A program made the translations under genes and the position numbers. From a virus: DNA of 59,080 bases. Below are positions 52,427 to 59,080 of the stretch, in pieces. The DNA is taken from the IMG/VR virus record IMGVR_UViG_3300025011_000007, one strand, 5' to 3'. The notes beneath the pieces were generated by a model. The model saw nothing but the letters and a program-made list of their open reading frames with translations, was not told the origin of the DNA and ran no database searches. Positions within the stretch are counted from its first letter, which is position 1. Each line of letters starts with the position of its first letter.

Positions 52427-52780
52427 TCAAGCAGCCTTATAATGCAAAGGCAAATATTTTCTATAAAGTTTTTCTTGTTTTCCGTTTTTAGTTGTTACGA
52501 AAAAATGAATAGCGTCATTTTGTATTACATTGCTTCTCAACAATTTTATAAATTTACAGTTTTTTATCATTGATTTTAGATTGCCTTTAAACCATTTATC
52601 CCAAGATTCAGCAGTGTTAGAAAACTCATAATTGCTAAAAGGGTAAGGATTTTTACTCAAATCGTATAAATGATAATGTGTTTCGTATTTTCTGCCACCA
52701 CAACCCATTCGCAAAGAAATTGTGAGTTCATAGCTACTATAATCAGAGGTGAGTAAAAATGTTTTTGAACGTAAATTCAT
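52427..52780 (-). CDS. Hypothetical 117-aa protein (start at MNLRSK, 52780)
   Basis: SD aaggaga lies 6 nt before the ATG at 52780. Confidence 0.5.
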   Translation of the reverse strand: MNLRSKTFLLTSDYSSYELTISLRMGCGGRKYETHYHLYDLSKNPYPFSNYEFSNTAESWDKWFKGNLKSMIKNCKFIKLLRSNVIQNDAIHFFVTTKNGKQEKLYRKYLPLHYKAA

Positions 52781-52915
52781 AATTTTTCTCCTTTTTGTAA
52801 GCCTCGCCATCCCTAAGCCTTTTGACTTTTTAGCCTCTGATGCTTAGGAATGACTTATTATATTAATCTGTTGAGTTCTATTTTTTTGAAACGTGTTTTA
52901 TAATGTTTTTGTAAA

Positions 52916-53086
52916 TTAAGTTACGAGGTTCAATTTTTCCTTTATGAAAGATTCAAAACGTTTACTGTTAAGATTCCCTTTTAGAAACTGGCATACAAAT
53001 GTCTTTGTACAACCATATTCTTCTGCAAGTTTCACTTGCGTAATCCCTTGTGCAAATAGTTGAACTTTTAAATCTTTTCGTGTCAT
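52916..53086 (-). CDS. 56-aa HTH protein (Cro/XRE-like)
   Basis: MTRKDLKVQLFAQGITQVKLAEEYGCTKTFVCQFLKGNLNSKRFESFIKEKLNLVT. Below the track cutoff. Confidence 0.5.
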   Translation of the reverse strand: MTRKDLKVQLFAQGITQVKLAEEYGCTKTFVCQFLKGNLNSKRFESFIKEKLNLVT

Positions 53087-53247
53087 AATTAGCCTTAACT
53101 TTAAATAATTAACTTTATGTAATTAAATATAGAGGAAATTTACTCCAAAGTCAAGGGGGTTTTCCACTAAATTTTATTTATTTTTGTAACGAATTTTCAA
53201 TAAACGTGTAAATAGTTGTTATTCGCGAGTAAAGGAATTTTAAAAGA

Positions 53248-53661
53248 ATGAAAAAATTATTATTATCAATATTGTTAGTATGTTGCGTAATGGGGCTATC
53301 GGCTTGTTCTTCTCAAAAAGTTGTAAAAGTTGAAAATGCAAAAGCTGAAGAAATAAGTAATCTTATTCAGGATTTTGCTACAATGAACGGTTTTAAATTA
53401 GTGTCAGTAGACAAAGAAAGGCAAATTTATAAAGTTGAAACAATAACAGAGAGTATGTATCAGCCTTTAACTAATAAGCCCATGCTAACGCTTGATGCGG
53501 GATTCGGAATAAAATTGAAACAGGTAAATAATGATGTGTTGATAAATGCTCGTTCTTACGGTTATAGCTATATGGGATATGTCTATAACAAAACAGGCAG
53601 ATTTTTAAAATCCTTAAAACAAGAGGGCTATACAGTAAGTAATATTAAAGAAAAGCTTTAG
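53248..53661 (+). CDS. Lipoprotein (moron, possible surface or exclusion function)
   Basis: Signal peptide with lipobox MKKLLLSILLVCCVMGLSAC|SS. Confidence 0.7.
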   Translation: MKKLLLSILLVCCVMGLSACSSQKVVKVENAKAEEISNLIQDFATMNGFKLVSVDKERQIYKVETITESMYQPLTNKPMLTLDAGFGIKLKQVNNDVLINARSYGYSYMGYVYNKTGRFLKSLKQEGYTVSNIKEKL

Positions 53662-53775
53662 GATATAAAGCCAGTAATAATAAGGAAAACGGAATATTGT
53701 CTATTGTTTCCGACAATAAAGAACATTTTGTATTAATGGAAGATATTAACGAGATTATCATAGATAAAGGACTTT

Positions 53776-53928
53776 TAACCTGAAATAGTAAAATAATTTT
53801 CTATTTTAAACTCCCATTCAGAAAGATTAAGATGATGTAAAACCAATAGTTTATGTATATCATTTCTAAATGCATCAAGGCTTGTTTTTAATGGGATTTT
53901 AACTTCAATTTCTTTTTTATCACTCATA
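53776..53928 (-). CDS. 50-aa small protein, paralogue A
   Basis: MSDKKEIEVKIPLKTSLDAFRNDIHKLLVLHHLNLSEWEFKIENYFTISG. SD gaggtg. Paralogous to 54197..54349. Confidence 0.45.
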
Positions 53929-53975
53929 ATAAACACCTCGTAAATTAACTAATAACAATATAATGGAGAGAAAAA

Positions 53976-54200
53976 ATGAAGCAATTACTGATAGAAATAA
54001 TCAATGATACCGAAGAAAAAGAGATTAAAATAATTTTAATTAGTAAAGAAATTCCAATAACAAAAGACGAAATTCATTTAAAGGAAAATTATTTAGTAAT
54101 AAAACAAGGAAATAAGGAAGCCTACTATCTTTATTCGTCAATATTAGGAGTGGAAACAATAAATAAAACTAAAGGCATTGGTGTTATTACAGGTGCTTAA
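53976..54200 (+). CDS. Hypothetical 74-aa protein
   Basis: TATAAT and SD ggagag upstream. Divergent from paralogue A. Confidence 0.5.
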   Translation: MKQLLIEIINDTEEKEIKIILISKEIPITKDEIHLKENYLVIKQGNKEAYYLYSSILGVETINKTKGIGVITGA

Positions 54201-54349
54201 ATAGATGTAATGGTAATAGAGCCGTGAAAATCTTCTACTTTTAACTCCCAAGTGTTGAAGCCGAGATTATGTTTTTTTAATAATTCAGCCTGTTCCTCCC
54301 TGAATTTTCTTACAGCATCTGTTAAAGGACTTTCAAGAACATCACTCAT
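54197..54349 (-). CDS. 50-aa small protein, paralogue B
   Basis: MSDVLESPLTDAVRKFREEQAELLKKHNLGFNTWELKVEDFHGSITITSI. SD ggaggt. Convergent 4-nt overlap with 53976..54200. Confidence 0.45.
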   Translation of the reverse strand: MSDVLESPLTDAVRKFREEQAELLKKHNLGFNTWELKVEDFHGSITITSI

Positions 54350-54407
54350 AAAAAACCTCCAATTTATTAACTTATTTATTATAACATGAAAGTGTAAATT
54401 TCCACCA

Positions 54408-54791
54408 ATGAAGCCAAGGGAAAAAATAAAAGAATTAAGAAAAAATCCTAAAATTAGTCAACAGGGATTGGCTAATAAATTAAATGTGCCGGTGGACCAT
54501 ATTAAAAGTTTCGAATCGGGGAAGCAAAAAGTAATTTCTGACGAACTCGCCCTTGCTCTTGAAAAAGAGTACAAAATCCCTTTCAAGTGGTGGAAAACAG
54601 GCGAAGGCGATATGTACCTCAACGAACTATCTCCTGAAGAAAAAGAAATAACTATTGATCCAGATACTAAGGAAATTATAGATTTATATGAAAAATTTAA
54701 AATAACAAGGGATGAAGAGCTAGGAGAGCTAATTAAACAAAAAATTAGCTGGATGCAAGCAATCAATAAAAAAACAAAACAGAAAGATTAG
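54408..54791 (+). CDS. XRE-family HTH regulator with a C-terminal extension
   Basis: IKELRKNPKISQQGLANKLNVPVDHIKSFESGKQKV. Confidence 0.7.
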   Translation: MKPREKIKELRKNPKISQQGLANKLNVPVDHIKSFESGKQKVISDELALALEKEYKIPFKWWKTGEGDMYLNELSPEEKEITIDPDTKEIIDLYEKFKITRDEELGELIKQKISWMQAINKKTKQKD

Positions 54792-54904
54792 CCGAATGGC
54801 TAAAAATAAAGGGTTTAACTCTTTTTTAAAAAAGGTTATAATAAAATAATTAAAGTTTTTTAAAAAATATGCGATAATTCTAATAATAACAAAAGGAGCA
54901 TAAA

Positions 54905-55237
54905 ATGGCTGTAGAATTCTCAAGACGAGCTAAACATATAGAAGCACAATATAATTTTGATATCCCACCTTTTGTTGTAGACTTTAACCACATGTTAAAA
55001 ACAATAAAAAACATTGAAACAGTTGAAAGCGTTTATTTAAGCACTTCTAAATTTACTAAAAAATTAGAAATCTATGTTTTTTATCAAACTGAAAATTTAG
55101 ACATTGAAGAAAAAATTATGGCTATTTTTACAAACTGGGAAGAAGATTACCAATATTTTCCAGAAATATATATTTATCCTATGGATAAAATAGATGACAA
55201 ACATTTCTGTCTTCCAAGCGGTGCAAGCGAATATTGA
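54905..55237 (+). CDS. Hypothetical 110-aa protein, possibly a degenerate minimal nucleotidyltransferase-like partner
   Basis: IETVESVYLSTSKFTKKLEIYVFYQTENLDIEEK has the layout of 'v..vyLFGS.arG....SDiDl.v' but lacks the catalytic residues. SD aaaggag. Confidence 0.35.
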   Translation: MAVEFSRRAKHIEAQYNFDIPPFVVDFNHMLKTIKNIETVESVYLSTSKFTKKLEIYVFYQTENLDIEEKIMAIFTNWEEDYQYFPEIYIYPMDKIDDKHFCLPSGASEY

Positions 55238-55238
55238 A

Positions 55239-55616
55239 ATGAATAAAGAAAAAATTGTTAATAGATATATTGAAAAATCAGAAGAAAATTATAAACTATA
55301 CGAGCATTTAAATAGTATTGATTCTTTTATAGAATGGCAAATTGTTGCTCTTTTTTATAGTGCGTTATGCCACGTAAAAGCTTATTTGTATAATAAAAAT
55401 AGCCTTGATCTTAATTCTATTAATTCGCATGATGACATAAGATTTTATTTAATTAATGAGAGCCAAGCAAAGCGCATTGGTGTTTTTCGGTATTATGATA
55501 TTTTGTACAAAGAAGGAAGAGATGCCAGATATAATTGCATAAAAACAACCAAAGAAAGACTTTTTGCCACTCTGAAAAATTATCAAAAAGTTAAAGAATT
55601 AATAAAAATAAATTAA
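55239..55616 (+). CDS. Hypothetical 125-aa helical protein, HEPN-like (start at the ATG at 55239)
   Basis: EWQIVALFYSALCHVKAYL...SHDDI...FRYYDILYKEGRDARYN is reminiscent of the HEPN-domain 'a..h.qqa.EkalKa.l...H.l...Y...RY' pattern. The start lies 1 nt after the upstream stop. Confidence 0.35.
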   Translation: MNKEKIVNRYIEKSEENYKLYEHLNSIDSFIEWQIVALFYSALCHVKAYLYNKNSLDLNSINSHDDIRFYLINESQAKRIGVFRYYDILYKEGRDARYNCIKTTKERLFATLKNYQKVKELIKIN

Positions 55617-55661
55617 TTATCAGGACTTTAAAAAGCTCTTTTTGGGGTGTATAATATAATT

Positions 55662-55821
55662 ACTGGAGTATTCAACTGGCTTTGTTCCATAAAGTTGAAT
55701 AAGATTGTCAAGCTAGCAATGATAATCTGGTAAAAGCCTTATGGCATCCTCCGGTTCCTGTTCCAACTCAAAACAGGTTAGGTAACCAAGACCGCCCTGA
55801 AATATGGGTGGTTTTTGTTTT
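55662..55821 (+). ncRNA. Candidate ~160-nt sRNA, from promoter to intrinsic terminator
   Basis: -10 tataat at 55650-55655. Stems 55670-55677/55693-55700, 55702-55710/55720-55728 and 55757-55762/55772-55777. Unpaired CCUCC at 55748-55752. Terminator accgccc/gggtggt (55791-55812) followed by UUUUGUUUU. Confidence 0.45.
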
Positions 55822-56044
55822 ATAAAATTCATCAGAAAACCTTTCTATCTATTTCTTGAACATTACTATTTTTTATTTATGTCATTTAATATTTTTTTAA
55901 ACAAGACTCCTTTAGCTTTTTCTTCTCCAACTTTTTTAATCAATTTCTCATAAAAATTCCGCACGTCAATTTTCGCAATAGATTTTTCCATTCCTTGACA
56001 CCTTCCAGCTTAAATGCTATCTTTTTAAAATATTCAAATTAAAA

Positions 56045-56090
56045 GGGATAAGACTTGTTTACAACCCACGTCTTATCTTCTTTTTTGTTT
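56045..56090 (+). terminator. Intrinsic terminator of a second very short transcript
   Basis: gataagac (56047-56054) / gtcttatc (56070-56077), then ttcttttttg. TTGACA (55995-56000)-17 nt-TATCTT lies upstream. Confidence 0.5.
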
Positions 56091-56339
56091 ATTCGCAAGC
56101 AAATTAATCACCAACCTTTCTCAAAACATTAAAAATAAAGAGAAAATACACTTGATTTTCTCTAAAACCCTTATAAAACATGAAAAAGAGTATCAAAACA
56201 TAAATCTATCTGCAAGGTTTTGATTAAATTAATTTATAATTTTTGTGTATAATATTGTTTACGATTCATGTATAACAATGATTTATACCTATTTTTACAC
56301 TTTGTAATATAATAAACTCCATAAATAGTACATTTTGAA

Positions 56340-56633
56340 TTATTTCAATCTGTTTATAAGAGAATTTATATAATCTTTGTCTTTATCAGATAAACCGTGG
56401 AAACTGCCGAACATTTCACCAGTTCCAGAATACAGCCAATCCAAAGATACATTATATTCTTTTGCAAGGATTACAGCTGTTTCAGGTACGATCATTAACC
56501 TACCTTTTTCTATATCCTTAATTTTGCTTTGAGAACATCCTAAAACCTCACCAAGCTCTTGTTGAGTCAGTTTTAAATATTTTCTGGCAATCTTAAAACG
56601 ATCACCAACTTTTTTTCTGAATTCTTCACTCAT
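56340..56633 (-). CDS. XRE-family HTH repressor-like protein
   Basis: IARKYLKLTQQELGEVLGCSQSKIKDIEKGRLMIVPETAVILAKEYNVSLDWLYSGTG. Confidence 0.75.
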   Translation of the reverse strand: MSEEFRKKVGDRFKIARKYLKLTQQELGEVLGCSQSKIKDIEKGRLMIVPETAVILAKEYNVSLDWLYSGTGEMFGSFHGLSDKDKDYINSLINRLK

Positions 56634-56702
56634 AAATTCAGATACTTGTTTTTTAGTACAATTTGCATTAAAATATTATTTACAATTTAAATATAATCAA
56701 TG

Positions 56703-56748
56703 TTGAAAGCATAACATACAAAATGCTATGCTTTCAATTTCTTTTTAC
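56703..56748 (+). promoter_or_regulatory. Perfect 11-bp inverted repeat plus T-run just downstream of a TATAAT (56692-56697): operator or leader terminator
   Basis: ttgaaagcata (56703-56713) / tatgctttcaa (56727-56737), followed by tttcttttt. Confidence 0.5.
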
Positions 56749-56827
56749 TGTTTAATAAAAACCGAAAATATGATAGGTTCAAAATTCAATATTAAGAGCA
56801 TGATTTATTTATTAAGGGAACGCTATA

Positions 56828-56965
56828 TTGGATTTAATTTTAAACATTGCCGGAATATGGTTTTTAGTAATGGTAATTATATTGCCATTTACTTTGTCAT
56901 TTTTGAAATCAGGAAAAATTGCAGATAAATACAATAAACTTTCAGAAAAAGAGGAAAATAAATGA
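56828..56965 (+). CDS. 45-aa single-TM micro-protein (TTG start)
   Basis: (M)DLILNIAGIWFLVMVIILPFTLSFLKSGKIADKYNKLSEKEENK. SD aaggga lies 8 nt upstream. ATGA overlap with the next ORF. Confidence 0.4.
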   Translation: MDLILNIAGIWFLVMVIILPFTLSFLKSGKIADKYNKLSEKEENK

Positions 56966-57063
56966 ATTTTAATGATTTTATTTATATTAGTATTATTTTA
57001 ACTTCTTTGGTATTTAATATTTTTTTACTCTATGAAAACAAATCTTTAAGAAATGGGAAATAA
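56962..57063 (+). CDS. 33-aa single-TM micro-protein
   Basis: MNFNDFIYISIILTSLVFNIFLLYENKSLRNGK. TAATG overlap with 57063..57440. Confidence 0.35.
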   Translation: MNFNDFIYISIILTSLVFNIFLLYENKSLRNGK

Positions 57064-57440
57064 TGAAAAGATTTTTAATAACAATTTTAACTATTTTGTT
57101 GATGTCAACAATACAGTGCAATATGGCATCAGCAAAACATCTTAATCCTGAATCCTACTATCAGGATAAACTTTGTGGACAACTTAGCGGACAATTGGAA
57201 TATCTATTACCTGATAATACTCGTGTTGATTGCTTAACTTCTGAATACGCAATAGAAATAGGCTTTATTGACCATAAATACGAAGATGTAGGGCAAAGCC
57301 TTTACTATTCATTAATAACTGGTAAAAAACCGGCTATTGCTACAATAATTGAAAATCCAAAAATTGCTGAAGAACATTTACATATTTTGCAAAAATTAGC
57401 TGAGAAATACGATATAAAAATTTTTATATTACAGCCGTAA
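57063..57440 (+). CDS. Secreted 125-aa hypothetical protein
   Basis: Signal peptide MKRFLITILTILLMSTIQCNMASA. Mature part includes RVDCLTSEYAIEIGF. No family assigned with confidence. Confidence 0.55.
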   Translation: MKRFLITILTILLMSTIQCNMASAKHLNPESYYQDKLCGQLSGQLEYLLPDNTRVDCLTSEYAIEIGFIDHKYEDVGQSLYYSLITGKKPAIATIIENPKIAEEHLHILQKLAEKYDIKIFILQP

Positions 57441-57547
57441 TTTATGCTATAATTTGTGTGGGATAGCCCGACGGGGCGACAAGTTAAGTAATCCTTGCTT
57501 AACTTCCCACCATTAATCAAGGAATTGCTAAAGGAGGCAACGTTTTT

Positions 57548-58477
57548 ATGTCAAAATTATGCTTATGTTGTTTTGTCGAAAAAGATTTTTCAGAATTCTA
57601 TAAAATGAAGCAAGCAAAGGATGGCTACCATAATAAATGCAAGGAGTGTACCAAAAAGGGATTAAAAATAAGAACTATTGCATTAAAACAAGAATTTAAA
57701 CTTTGCTCAAAATGTAAAAATACTTATAAAAGAACTAATGAAAATTTTTACAAAAGCATAAAGAACCCTGACGGTTTATCACGCTATTGCATTAAATGCG
57801 ATAAAGAAGTTAAAAACAAATATAAACAAGAAAATAAAGACAAAGTTATTGAAAGTTATAAAAAAACATATAGGAATACACTGGAAACACGTAAAGAATA
57901 CCAAGAAAAGAACAAAGAAGAATTAAAAGAATATCATAAAAATTATGCACAAAAAAATAAAGAAGAATTAAAATCAAAATCTCAAATATATAGAGAGAAA
58001 AATAAAGAAAAAATAGCAGCAAGAAGAAGAAAATACTATTTGGAAAATAAAGAACATATAATAGATAGAGTTAAAATTTATTATAGAAACAATAAAGAAT
58101 CTGTACAAAAGTACAAAAGATTATACTTAATAAAAAACAATGATAAACAAAAAGCCAAAAATAAAAAGTTTAGAATATTGTTTCCCGAAAGGTATAGGGC
58201 ATATGCTAATAACTATACTTTAAGAAAGAAAAATGCTATGGGGAATTTTAGCAATAATGACATTAAAAATAAATTAATAAAACAAAACAACAAATGTTAT
58301 TGGTGTAATTGCAAACTTGATAATAAATACCAAATTGATCATATTGTGCCACTTTCCAAAGGTGGAACGAATTATCTTGAAAATATTGCTATTACTTGCA
58401 TTTCTTGTAATGCTTCAAAATCTGATAAAATGCCAGATGAATGGGAACGTTATTTAAAAAATGTTGTCATTCGTTAA
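57548..58477 (+). CDS. HNH endonuclease with N-terminal zinc-finger motifs and an internal Lys/Asn/Glu-rich repeat region
   Basis: C-terminal CYWCNCKL...IDHIVPLSKGGTNYLENIAITCISCNASKSDK. N-terminal F..FYK....DG....CK.C occurs twice. Repeats of the type KNKEELKEYHKNY / KNKEELKSKSQIY / KNKEKIAARRRKY. Confidence 0.8.
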   Translation: MSKLCLCCFVEKDFSEFYKMKQAKDGYHNKCKECTKKGLKIRTIALKQEFKLCSKCKNTYKRTNENFYKSIKNPDGLSRYCIKCDKEVKNKYKQENKDKVIESYKKTYRNTLETRKEYQEKNKEELKEYHKNYAQKNKEELKSKSQIYREKNKEKIAARRRKYYLENKEHIIDRVKIYYRNNKESVQKYKRLYLIKNNDKQKAKNKKFRILFPERYRAYANNYTLRKKNAMGNFSNNDIKNKLIKQNNKCYWCNCKLDNKYQIDHIVPLSKGGTNYLENIAITCISCNASKSDKMPDEWERYLKNVVIR

Positions 58478-58758
58478 TATGGACAAGCTACAGGAAAACA
58501 AGCTAAATCTGTTTTGATAGTTGAGAGTCCTGAAGAACAAAAATTTATTGATCGAGTTTTACAGGTTGTTAAATTTTATAATTTACCGGTTATTATAGAA
58601 GTTTATAAAGCCTATTAAAGATTAAACCCTTAACTCTTAATGAATTATTTTCTATTAAAGTTTACTCGAGTTATCTTTAATCTCTATAGTATCACTTTCG
58701 ACTCATATTCGTATCATTTTTAGTATCAGGTAGTTTTTATTATCGAATCATCAAAACT

Positions 58759-59080
58759 TTAATTTACGGGCTTTGTACGCTCGGAAAATAAGGTTTTAAA
58801 CATATCTTTTGGTGGTGGTGATACTAAAAACTTATCAACTTTCGATTTTTCCTGAAATTCCCTAATTTTTTTCATACGAGCATTATAATAAATATCAATT
58901 TTTTCTTGCTTATAGTAAGGTTCTTTAGTGTTTATAACCTGTATTTCTGAATCATTGAGCATAATAAATTTTTCAAGATTTTCTTTCTGGAAATTTGTTA
59001 AAGATGTTCTATTAAGCTTAATCTTGCATAAATGCTCTTTATCTGATTCTGAAAGTTTTGAAACTTCTTCAGAATACAAA
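58759..59080 (-). CDS. 3' part of the junction-spanning HTH/initiator-like gene (see 1..666)
   Basis: The ORF reaches the window end. 58954-59080 duplicates 1-127 and is in frame with the ATG at 666. Confidence 0.55.
   Translation of the reverse strand, partial: LYSEEVSKLSESDKEHLCKIKLNRTSLTNFQKENLEKFIMLNDSEIQVINTKEPYYKQEKIDIYYNARMKKIREFQEKSKVDKFLVSPPPKDMFKTLFSERTKPVN
58954..59080. repeat. Second copy of the 127-bp terminal overlap
   Basis: Exact identity to 1-127. Confidence 0.95.

Noticed and set aside
55662-55821. The sRNA candidate considered as a tRNA/tmRNA fragment marking an attP site
   Set aside because: It has no cloverleaf, no GTTCRANYC T-loop box and no CCA-proximal acceptor arm. 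I also found no tRNA-like sequence anywhere else in the window.
1-59080. Search for integrase, transposase, reverse transcriptase (DGR/retron), Cas proteins, CRISPR arrays, and rRNA or tRNA genes
   Set aside because: None of the translated ORFs shows the hallmark motifs: R..H..R..Y recombinase, S-recombinase YxRVS, YxDD reverse transcriptase or DDE. I saw no spaced repeat arrays. This is a by-eye negative and should be confirmed with HMM searches and tRNAscan.

Overview
The window looks like one complete tailed-phage genome. Bases 1-127 are repeated exactly at 58954-59080, which suggests a circular or terminally redundant assembly with a unique length of 58,953 bp. One minus-strand gene spans that junction. 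The sequence is AT-rich, with strong Shine-Dalgarno sites and sigma70-type promoters, and almost all genes are on the minus strand.

Minus-strand layout, from high to low coordinates:
- ~51.5 kb: immunity switch with RHH and XRE regulators.
- 51.3-36.5 kb: early genes. These include a YqaJ-like exonuclease, DUF1351, RecT, a PD-(D/E)XK nuclease, RusA, a MerR-like regulator, a replisome-organizer-like protein, YopX, an HNH-AP2 endonuclease and an N6/N4 DNA methylase.
- ~36.3 kb: a small LuxR/sigma-region-4-like regulator and a putative late control region.
- 34.7-20 kb: packaging and head genes. These include a compact C5-methylase, HNH, TerS, TerL, a portal fused to a Mu-F-like domain, a ClpP-like protease/scaffold, a decoration protein, the major capsid protein and connector proteins.
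- 20.7-5.8 kb: siphovirus tail. It includes the tube, G/GT chaperone with an A_AAA_AAG -1 frameshift, tape measure, a GTA/BR0599-like hub, an NlpC/P60 peptidase, a J-like protein, and fibres with a discoidin-like domain and an SGNH esterase.
- 5.8-4.7 kb: lysis genes (holin-like protein, Amidase_2 endolysin, DUF1353).
- 4.5-1.7 kb: a separate accessory operon and hicAB.

The main plus-strand region is a ~6 kb accessory island at 51.5-58.5 kb. There are also five small counter-oriented inserts inside the late operon.

I saw no integrase, transposase, reverse transcriptase, CRISPR array, tRNA or rRNA.

Most interesting loci:
- A 266-nt GC-enriched, hairpin- and pseudoknot-capable non-coding element between recT and an unknown GTG-initiated gene.
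- A 0.7-kb non-coding locus with promoter-to-terminator sRNA candidates.
- The counter-strand micro-islands in the tail and head operon.
- Several small regulator-linked cassettes in the accessory island, including an NT-like/HEPN-like pair and a duplicated divergent cassette.
- A possible episomal (phage-plasmid-like) lifestyle.

All family assignments come from motifs read by eye. No database search was possible.
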